This document shows positions 56,576-64,000 of a stretch of 64,000 nt of DNA, piece by piece. The position numbers were made by a program, and so were the translations under genes. The notes beneath the pieces were generated by a model. That model made no database searches and was not told where the DNA came from. It saw nothing but the letters and a program-made list of their open reading frames with translations. Each line of letters opens with the position of its first letter. Positions within the stretch are counted from its first letter, which is position 1. Source of the stretch: Patescibacteria group bacterium UBA4787 (GTDB taxonomy: Bacteria; Patescibacteriota; Patescibacteriia; UBA2591; UBA4787); contig DHGX01000003.1 in NCBI GenBank assembly GCA_002402995.1, positions 3,765 through 67,764 of the forward strand. The letters are read 5' to 3'.

Positions 56576-59500
56576 ATGACACGGAGGATCTTTCTGCTTG
56601 CTTTGCTGACCATCATGGTTATGTTAACTAGCGGCGCGTTTGCCAGAAACGCGATTACTTATCGGCCATTTGATTGGCAGAAAGTCAATCGTGGCAACTA
56701 TGAGGTCTGGTATCCTAAGGTTATGGAATACCAGATCCCGGCGACCCTGGCCATCATCGATAGCATTAATGAGTCTTACTCAACCCTGGTTTTCGGCAAA
56801 TATCGTGACCACATGGAATGGTATCAGAGAAAATACCATTCCAAACAGAAGAAGGCCGTGCCGGCTCCCAAACTTTTTACCGCTTCCAGCGATAAAGCCG
56901 AAGAGGTCAAAAAGACAGAGTCCGACAGCACCGATCTATTTTATCTATTCACGGATGGCAAGGGAAATCCGGACAGCCTGAAATTCGTCTACAACTGGAA
57001 GCCCAAAAAACTGGTTATTGTCCTGTATCCTTCAATGCAGGATTATACCCAAATCAAGGCTTTTCCTGGCGCTATCATACCGCCACAAGTTCTCGGCTTA
57101 ACCGAAACTAATCACTTTCGCGTCTTTGTCCCGTATACCGGAGAATGGCACGAATATGAGGCGGTTTTGGCGCACGAAATCGCGCACGCATGGATGTTGA
57201 ATTTCGTGCAAGAGAACCAGAAAAGGCGCGATCTCAAGACCCGTAACATAGTGCCGGTCTTCCACAATTATCCATTATGGTTTGTGGAGGGATGGGCCGA
57301 GCTTCTGAGCCGCGATTATTATTGCGGTAATAAACTCAGTCTTATCCACGCGAGCCTAGAGGATTATACCCGACAGGCCGTAGTGGATGGCCGGATTCCG
57401 CCACTTGAACAAATGGGCGGAGAGGTTTATCCGCTGGGCTATTCTTTCATGCGTTGGATGGTGGATCGTTTCGGGATTCACAAAATAAACGAGCTGATGT
57501 TGGTAACGCTTTTTTATAATCATTTTGAACCTTCCTGGGAGTACATCTTTAAGGAATCTCTTAGGGAGTCGGAAGTGAAATGGCGCGAATACTTGAAAGA
57601 GCGTTATTACAAGGATTTGTATGAACGGAGCGTCGCGGGAAAAATTTCCGTGGCCACTGATTTCAAGCAATCTCCTTTCGTCGGGTCGTTCAGTTACGAC
57701 CAGACCTCGAAGTTATTCGTCGGCTATGTGCCTGATTCTCGTCAAGGGGTGAGTATCGCCGTAGTCAATGGCAACGTGCCTGACACTAGCAAGAAGAAAT
57801 TTCTGATTCTGCATACCCAGTTCGACGATAAAACTCTTTGGTACAAATGGGCTAAACCTATCGTGAGGGGATTGCAGGTGGCATGGGTCGTCAATGTTAA
57901 TGGGGCTGATGAAATTCATCTGGCTCAGATCGACACAACCGACAAAAAGCTGAAGATCAGCCAAGAGCAGGTTCTGCGCTCAGAGCAAATTGTGGCAATC
58001 CAAAATATTTGTTTTGAGAACGACAATCTCGTGGTTTTCAGTGGAGTGGCGGTTGATGGAAAAACCGATCTGTATCGCGTCACGACCAAGGACGCTAAAT
58101 TCGAGCGTTTAACCGACGATCTTTACAATGATCGTTCGCCGGTTCCGTTCGACAAGGGCTACTTGTTCGTTTCCGATCGCCAGAGTCCCTATGGAGAGGG
58201 ATTGTATTACCTCGACATGGAGACATCGCAGATCATCAAGATATTCTTTGTTGATGGTGGATTCGTCGGTAATATTTGCGTTGACGCCGACCAGAAGTCA
58301 GTCGCTTTCCGGTTGATCTCTCAGTTCCATTCAGCACAAATTTTGGTCTGGAATAAGTCTTCAGGCGAATTTCGGGAGGTCTATCGGACATTCCGTGGCG
58401 CGGATTTCCTCGTCGGATTCAACGGCAAGAATCTACTGTTTACCGCTGAGGGCGTATTTAAAAACGATCAGCACAATAATTTAATTTTGCTGAATAGGAA
58501 ACTTCTTTCTTTGGATCTGGCAAAATTGGATTCTTGCGCAATCGTTCAGTACGAACCCAGTGAGATAGTGGAGGAAGGCTGGTCGCCGAAAGAAGTCGCA
58601 GACTTCAAGCCGGAAAAACCCGAGACTAAGCTTCAGTACAGCGGCGATGTGGTCGGTGCCAAGGGCGCGACTAACGCCACAGGTGAAAAAAGGATGGGGC
58701 TTGACGTCGGTTTCTTCGCTGCGGCTGGCACGCCAGTTTTCTACAACATTACGACCGTGTATCAGGATTTGTCTCAGCGTACGGAAAAAACGTATATTCT
58801 CCAAAGCTTCCAAGATTATTCTTGGAAATACAGTCCCGATCGTTCGAAGAATAATTTCATGCTTTGTCGTGACTGGAATCTTTGGCGTTTCGCCTACAAT
58901 GCCTACTATCCGCTCAACTTTGAAGATGGCCTGGGCTACGGTTATACCATAGGCCATGTTCGTCGGATTTACGAAAACAATGTCTATGTGGGGAGCGACA
59001 AACCAGACAAGGTCTGGACGCCGTTAACTGGTTTTCACGGGTACTTTCTGCACGATGGTGTTTTCGGACAATTTGGCGGGCCGCAGTGGGGTTCGGCAGT
59101 CGTAGGTTATGCTGACATCAACCTTACTAGCAGTGTTTTGGACGGCAAAATCGTAGTCGATGCCAGAAATTATTTGCCTTTAGGTCGGAGAACCAGAGTG
59201 TATCTGGCTAACCGCCTCTTCATGGCAAAATCCTTTGGCATGGATCGGAGCTTTTTCGAAGACTCCAATCCATTTGCTCAGAGGAAAGGCTACGAAGGTA
59301 GTCAATTTTCTACGCCGGGTGGTATCGGTACGGCAATAATCATTCATCAAACCGAATTGCGATTTCCGCTCGTCAACTGGGTTTTCTTCCAGCCGGCTTT
59401 TACGCCTCTAAAGGACAATCGGCGCGGAATATTCTGGTTCACGGTTGATGGGTCGCTTTTCGCTGAAGGCGGAGATGTATGGTTCAATGAGATTCGCAAA

Positions 59501-59665
59501 TTTGATTGGTCTGGCCGTGAAGGTTGGGCCATTAAGTTGCGAATTTTCGGAGCTTTTACAGTAAAATACGAACGATTCAAGTTTGTATATCGGCCACAGG
59601 ATCTGCGCAAGATCCGTTTGCGTGGCTACGACCAGCATCGTTGGTCGTTGGACATGGACTTCTAA
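56576..59665 (+). CDS. Secreted protein: HExxH metallopeptidase (MA-like) + TolB/PD40-like propeller + C-terminal Omp85/BamA-like beta-barrel
   Basis: Signal peptide; 'LAHEIAH...PLWFVEGWAE'; 'DLY.......RLTDDLYNDRSP'; 'DARNYLP', 'ELRFPL', terminal Phe. Confidence 0.65.
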   Translation: MTRRIFLLALLTIMVMLTSGAFARNAITYRPFDWQKVNRGNYEVWYPKVMEYQIPATLAIIDSINESYSTLVFGKYRDHMEWYQRKYHSKQKKAVPAPKLFTASSDKAEEVKKTESDSTDLFYLFTDGKGNPDSLKFVYNWKPKKLVIVLYPSMQDYTQIKAFPGAIIPPQVLGLTETNHFRVFVPYTGEWHEYEAVLAHEIAHAWMLNFVQENQKRRDLKTRNIVPVFHNYPLWFVEGWAELLSRDYYCGNKLSLIHASLEDYTRQAVVDGRIPPLEQMGGEVYPLGYSFMRWMVDRFGIHKINELMLVTLFYNHFEPSWEYIFKESLRESEVKWREYLKERYYKDLYERSVAGKISVATDFKQSPFVGSFSYDQTSKLFVGYVPDSRQGVSIAVVNGNVPDTSKKKFLILHTQFDDKTLWYKWAKPIVRGLQVAWVVNVNGADEIHLAQIDTTDKKLKISQEQVLRSEQIVAIQNICFENDNLVVFSGVAVDGKTDLYRVTTKDAKFERLTDDLYNDRSPVPFDKGYLFVSDRQSPYGEGLYYLDMETSQIIKIFFVDGGFVGNICVDADQKSVAFRLISQFHSAQILVWNKSSGEFREVYRTFRGADFLVGFNGKNLLFTAEGVFKNDQHNNLILLNRKLLSLDLAKLDSCAIVQYEPSEIVEEGWSPKEVADFKPEKPETKLQYSGDVVGAKGATNATGEKRMGLDVGFFAAAGTPVFYNITTVYQDLSQRTEKTYILQSFQDYSWKYSPDRSKNNFMLCRDWNLWRFAYNAYYPLNFEDGLGYGYTIGHVRRIYENNVYVGSDKPDKVWTPLTGFHGYFLHDGVFGQFGGPQWGSAVVGYADINLTSSVLDGKIVVDARNYLPLGRRTRVYLANRLFMAKSFGMDRSFFEDSNPFAQRKGYEGSQFSTPGGIGTAIIIHQTELRFPLVNWVFFQPAFTPLKDNRRGIFWFTVDGSLFAEGGDVWFNEIRKFDWSGREGWAIKLRIFGAFTVKYERFKFVYRPQDLRKIRLRGYDQHRWSLDMDF

Positions 59666-59685
59666 ATTGGAGGGTAATTATCAAT

Positions 59686-59722
59686 AAATCGCGGAAAATA
59701 AAAACATTTTCCGCGATTTTTT
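59686..59722 (+). terminator. Rho-independent terminator
   Basis: AAATCGCGGAAAAT-loop-ATTTTCCGCGATTT followed by T run. Confidence 0.7.
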
Positions 59723-59858
59723 AATGATAAAAGATTTTTCAAAATACCTTCAATTTATGAATCTTAAGCACAGGTTAGAATTTCTACTATGGGGTTTGAC
59801 AAGCTTATTTTATAAGTTATCATTAAATTAGATGTATTTAATCGATTAATTTAAATTT

Positions 59859-60455
59859 ATGGTTTACGAAAATATTCCACAGCAACCGCCGGTTAATAAA
59901 GAAAATGTCGAATCACAAAAAAAATTTGACCTTAATTATTTTCAAGAAATTGTTAACCAGGGTAAATTAAATCGAGATGAATATCTAAAAGCACTTAACC
60001 AGGCATTAGAACTGGGTATTTTAGTAGAAGATAAATTAGGCGAAGAACATGACCAGGAATTAAGACAAAATCGCGCTTCTTTCATTTTTTTTGTTGACCC
60101 TCAAGAAGGGGAAAAACGATATATGCTCTATAACAAGAATCAGCATACGAGTTTTAATTATAAAATTTATAAAACTTTGGCTGGTCCATTTATGAAAGCC
60201 ATGCTTGAACACGAAAAAATAAAAAAAGAGAAAGCGATTAAACAACAAAAAGAATTCGAAGAAAAAGCGATTAAAGACAGAGAAAGAAAACAAGAAGAAT
60301 TTGAAGCAAAATTGGTAAAAAAACCCTTAGGAGAAGAGGCCAAAGACTGGCAAGATCAATTGAAAGAGGCGCAGAAAAAGATGGCACAAAACCAAGATCA
60401 GGCCCCCACAGAGAATCTTAATTTGGCGAATAAAGACGCGGGAGAAAATATTTAA
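59859..60455 (+). CDS. Hypothetical charged coiled-coil protein
   Basis: 198-aa ORF, TTGACA promoter at 59796; internal EKAIK..EEFE duplication. Confidence 0.6.
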   Translation: MVYENIPQQPPVNKENVESQKKFDLNYFQEIVNQGKLNRDEYLKALNQALELGILVEDKLGEEHDQELRQNRASFIFFVDPQEGEKRYMLYNKNQHTSFNYKIYKTLAGPFMKAMLEHEKIKKEKAIKQQKEFEEKAIKDRERKQEEFEAKLVKKPLGEEAKDWQDQLKEAQKKMAQNQDQAPTENLNLANKDAGENI

Positions 60456-60574
60456 AATCAGACGGCGATAAATAAAAAAAGAGCCGTTAAGATAAAGGGT
60501 ATTAATTCTGTATTATCTGCGCTCGCTCGGAAATAAAAATTTTATTTTCATTTCGCTCGCTCACTTAATAATAA

Positions 60575-60892
60575 ATGGTTTATTTTGACGATAATAATTT
60601 TGAGAAAGAAGTTTTGAAATCTGACCTGCCGGTCTTGATTGATTTTTATGCGGAATGGTGTCCGCCTTGTAAAATATTAAGTCCAATCATTGAAGAACTG
60701 GCCGATGAATATAGCGGTAAAATTAAAGTGGGTAAGTTAAATATTGACGAATCTGTTGGTTGGGCGCAAAAATATGACGTGATGAGGGTGCCAACGTTGA
60801 TTCTTTTTAAGAATGGCCAAGAAGTTTTACGTCTGCCCGCTCTAAGAAACAAGGAAGATATTAAGTCAGAGATTGAATCCAAATTGAAGTAA
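60575..60892 (+). CDS. trxA: Thioredoxin
   Basis: 'DFYAEWCPPCK', 'VPTL..FKNG'. Confidence 0.93.
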   Translation: MVYFDDNNFEKEVLKSDLPVLIDFYAEWCPPCKILSPIIEELADEYSGKIKVGKLNIDESVGWAQKYDVMRVPTLILFKNGQEVLRLPALRNKEDIKSEIESKLK

Positions 60893-60893
60893 A

Positions 60894-61835
60894 ATGCTGG
60901 AAAATAAACAAAAAATATACGAGCTTGTTATTATTGGCGCTGGTCCGGCCGGACTTAGCGCTTCTATTTATGCTTCGCGCTATAAAATTGAACACTTGGT
61001 TATCGGTAAAATATTGGGCGGTATGGCCACCGAAGCTTACGAAATTAAAAATTATCCAGGCATAGAAAATATCACCGGCTTGGAATTGGCCGATAAAATG
61101 ATTGAACACGCCAAAAGATCTGGAGCCCTTTTTTTGGAAGATGAGGTGCTGACTATCGACAGAGAAGATGGCAGGATATTTATTGTCAAAACCAAGAAAA
61201 ATAATCAAATTTTATCCCGCAGAATTATTCTAGCTATGGGTGCTTCGCGCGCTCAACTTAATGTCCCGGGAGAAAAAGAGTTTTGGGGCAAGGGGGTTAC
61301 TTATTGCGCTACTTGCGACGCTCCTTTATACCGCGATAAGATTGTCGCCGTGGTGGGTGGCGGTGATTCAGCTTTTTCTTCAGCGGTTTTATTGGCAAAT
61401 TATACGCAAAAAATTTATTTAATTCACCGAAGTGAAAATTTTCGCGCTCAGAAAGCTTGGCAAAATCAGCTTGATAGTCTTGGTAATAAAATTACTAAAA
61501 TTTTAAACAACGAAGTCAAAGAAATAAAAGGCGACAAAGTTCTAAGAAAAATCTTTTTAAAAAATCCTTATCAAGGAAATCAAGAACTTGAGTTAGACGG
61601 ATTGTTCATTGAAATAGGATCTCTGCCCAACAGTGAATTGGCCAGAAGCATGGGCGTAGAAATTGATAACAAACACCAGATTAAAATTACGAATAAAGGC
61701 AGAACCAATCTTAAGGGCGTTTACGGAGCGGGCGATATAACCAATTTAACCAGACTAAAACAGGTTGTGGTGGCTGCGGCTCAGGGTGCTATTGCCAGCT
61801 ACTCTGTTTTTGAAGACATAAAAACTGGTTTATAG
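60894..61835 (+). CDS. trxB: Thioredoxin reductase
   Basis: 'IIGAGPAG', 'YCATCD', 'VGGGDSA', 'GAGD'. Confidence 0.9.
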   Translation: MLENKQKIYELVIIGAGPAGLSASIYASRYKIEHLVIGKILGGMATEAYEIKNYPGIENITGLELADKMIEHAKRSGALFLEDEVLTIDREDGRIFIVKTKKNNQILSRRIILAMGASRAQLNVPGEKEFWGKGVTYCATCDAPLYRDKIVAVVGGGDSAFSSAVLLANYTQKIYLIHRSENFRAQKAWQNQLDSLGNKITKILNNEVKEIKGDKVLRKIFLKNPYQGNQELELDGLFIEIGSLPNSELARSMGVEIDNKHQIKITNKGRTNLKGVYGAGDITNLTRLKQVVVAAAQGAIASYSVFEDIKTGL

Positions 61836-61846
61836 ATAATTGTTAT

Positions 61847-61876
61847 AAAAAAATCTCCCGGTTCGGGAGATTTTTT
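61847..61876. terminator. Bidirectional terminator between trxB and ychF
   Basis: AAAAAAATCTCCCG-gtt-CGGGAGATTTTTT. Confidence 0.8.
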
Positions 61877-61894
61877 ATTGAAACTTGTTTGAGA

Positions 61895-62959
61895 TTATAA
61901 ATTAAATCTGAAGTGCGCCACGTCTCCGTCTCGTACGACGTATTCTTTTCCTTCAATGCGGATTAATCCTTTATCTTTAGCTGCGCTGTAAGATCCGCTT
62001 TCAAGTAAATCTTGCCAATTAATAATTTCGGCGCAGATAAATCCTTTTTCAAAATCGGTATGAATTTTCCCGGCAGCCTGCGGCGCGCGCGCGCCTTTCT
62101 CGCAAGTCCAAGCTTTACTCTCCATTGGCCCGGCCGTGATAAAAGTTATTAAATTAAGTTTTTGATAACAAGCCTTAATAATTTTATCTAAGCCACTTTC
62201 TTCTAGTCCGAGCTCTTGAAGATAGATTTTCGCTTCCTCGGCCGGAAGCTCGGCTAGTTCAGCTTCTATTTTAGCTGAGATTTTTAAAAAATTTTCTCCC
62301 AAGTCTTTTTTTTCTTTAATCTTATTTTCGTCAACATTTAAGACGTAAAGTATAGGCTTGATAGTTAAAAGATTAAGAGGTTTAACTAGATTTTTTTCTT
62401 CGTCGCTTAAAGACATTTCGTTGGCCAATCGTCCCTCTTCCAAATTTTTTTGGATTCGTTTGAAAAGATCTAAGGCCTGCGCGATTTTTTTATCGTGAGA
62501 TGATTTGGTTTGTCCATCAAGATCTTCAACGCGTTTATTGAGCGTAGAGAGGTCGGCAAAGATTAATTCTAGGTTAACGACTTCCGTGTCGTTTTTAGGA
62601 TTAATCTCGCTGTGAACATGGATAATATTTTTGTCGCTGAATTCGCGCACTATCTCTAAAATAGCGTCTACTTTCCGTATGTGCGACAAAAATTTATTGC
62701 CTAAGCCCTCGCCCTCGTGCGCTCCCTTAACTAAACCGGCAATATCATAAAATTCAATTGTGGTCGGCACAATTTTTTCTGAGTTTTCAATCTTAGCTAA
62801 TTTTTCTAGGCGTTTGTCGGGTACAGCCACTATGCCGACATTCGGATCAATGGTACAAAAGGGATAATTGGCGATATCTACTTGTTTTTTAGTCAACGCT
62901 TTAAAAAGGGTTGATTTTCCGACATTAGGCAGGCCAACAATGCCAACAGAAAATGACAT
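61895..62959 (-). CDS. ychF: Redox-regulated ATPase YchF
   Basis: 'GIVGLPNVGKSTLF', 'ANYPFCTIDPN', 'DIAGLV.GA..GEGLGNKFL', TGS C-terminus. Confidence 0.97.
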   Translation of the reverse strand: MSFSVGIVGLPNVGKSTLFKALTKKQVDIANYPFCTIDPNVGIVAVPDKRLEKLAKIENSEKIVPTTIEFYDIAGLVKGAHEGEGLGNKFLSHIRKVDAILEIVREFSDKNIIHVHSEINPKNDTEVVNLELIFADLSTLNKRVEDLDGQTKSSHDKKIAQALDLFKRIQKNLEEGRLANEMSLSDEEKNLVKPLNLLTIKPILYVLNVDENKIKEKKDLGENFLKISAKIEAELAELPAEEAKIYLQELGLEESGLDKIIKACYQKLNLITFITAGPMESKAWTCEKGARAPQAAGKIHTDFEKGFICAEIINWQDLLESGSYSAAKDKGLIRIEGKEYVVRDGDVAHFRFNL

Positions 62960-62963
62960 ATAT

Positions 62964-63842
62964 TTAAGCGCTTAATAGCCGTTGAATGTTTTGCGCGGCT
63001 TCATTATTGGTTATATGTTTAATATCTCCTAATTTTGTTTCATTAAATCCGTGAAAGTCTGATCCAAAAGTTTCAACAAGACCATAACGCTTGGTTAGGC
63101 GATTATATTTGAGGAGGTCATCCTTGGTAGTGGCTTTATTATATACTTCTAGACCGCGCAGACCGTTCTTAATTAAAGGAGAGATAATTTTATAAAGAGT
63201 TTTTTCCGATACATCTAATTGAGGATGAGCTAAAACAGCAACGCCGCCAGCCCGAACGATGACTTGGATTGCTTCAAGCGTGTCAGTTTTTTCTTTGCGC
63301 ACGAATCCCGGCTGCTCTCCGCGATCTAAAAAATTATCAAGAAACCATGCTATAGGATGTCGGCTATTCATTCCGAATTTTTCTTTTAACAATAATATAT
63401 TTATTTTGTTGTTAATAACCGCCTGGGCGATATGCGGTTTGCCGATATTAGTGTTTTTATTTTTTACGCATTTCAATATATCAGCTTCGGTTATTGTCAG
63501 GCCGGCCTTCTTGAGTAGGGTGATTATTTTTTTAACGCGCTCGATCCTCGCTTTTTTTTGTTTTGTTAATATTTTAATGAGCTCCGAATGCTGTGGATTA
63601 ATTCGATAACCGAGAATATGTAAATCAATCTCGCGGAAGCGTGTACTGATTTCGACGCCAAAAATGCCGGGAATGTCGTATTTTTCAAGAGCGTTAGAGA
63701 ATTCAAAACAACCGTCGACCGTGTCGTGGTCGGTGAGACCGATAAAAAACAAACCAGTTCTTTTGGCTTCAGATACAAGATGATCGGGCGTATATAGCCC
63801 ATCAGAAAAAGTCGAATGTGTGTGTAGGTCGTATTGGAGCAT
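62964..63842 (-). CDS. PHP domain protein (TrpH/YciV-like)
   Basis: 'DLHTHSTFSDG', 'TDHD', 'GVEIS', 'LAHP', 'GSDFHG'. Confidence 0.9.
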   Translation of the reverse strand: MLQYDLHTHSTFSDGLYTPDHLVSEAKRTGLFFIGLTDHDTVDGCFEFSNALEKYDIPGIFGVEISTRFREIDLHILGYRINPQHSELIKILTKQKKARIERVKKIITLLKKAGLTITEADILKCVKNKNTNIGKPHIAQAVINNKINILLLKEKFGMNSRHPIAWFLDNFLDRGEQPGFVRKEKTDTLEAIQVIVRAGGVAVLAHPQLDVSEKTLYKIISPLIKNGLRGLEVYNKATTKDDLLKYNRLTKRYGLVETFGSDFHGFNETKLGDIKHITNNEAAQNIQRLLSA

Positions 63843-64000
63843 ATCAGGTAGTAGAAATTAAAAATTAGGATTATGAATTTAGAATTACGAATTGAGAAAT
63901 TTTAAAACTTGCTAATCCGACGCCTTGGATCGCCTCGATTCGTCGGCGAAGCGGGTCGGGGTCCCGACTCTTTGACGTCAAGAATGAATTTAATTACTAA

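Noticed and set aside
63912-63985. GC-rich palindromic tract GTCGGGGTCCCGAC upstream of the PHP gene as a riboswitch or ncRNA
   Set aside because: No recognisable riboswitch consensus and close to the window edge; probably another short repeat but unsupported here.

Overview
The window looks like a chromosomal segment of a Patescibacteria/CPR (Parcubacteria-like) bacterium. This is inferred from the AT-rich compact housekeeping genes, giant membrane-anchored surface proteins, VanW/FemAB/PEGA/S8-FG-GAP proteins and genetic code 11. It carries cell-envelope genes (flippase, O-antigen ligase, murC, murA, murJ, mltG, glycosyltransferases), clpP-rny-ymdB-rpmH-rnpA-yidC, secDF, lepA, an rluD-gmk fusion, rplS, trxA/trxB, ychF and five tRNAs. 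The main unexplained structure is a set of small inverted-repeat elements ending in CCCC...GGGG. In two separate TIR families, one copy is filled end to end by a small (frameshifted) GIY-YIG nuclease gene while sister copies are empty. A third family is exactly 110 bp with a TTTA duplication (114 nt = 38 codons) and sits in frame inside housekeeping genes. Copies occur on start codons, at a tRNA 5' end, next to -35 boxes and nested in each other. No transposase is visible in the window. Three GC-richer, Shine-Dalgarno-led genes share a boxA-like leader; one of them encodes an Omp85/BamA-like protein, unexpected in a presumed monoderm. All coordinates and alignments were read by eye and no database searches were run.
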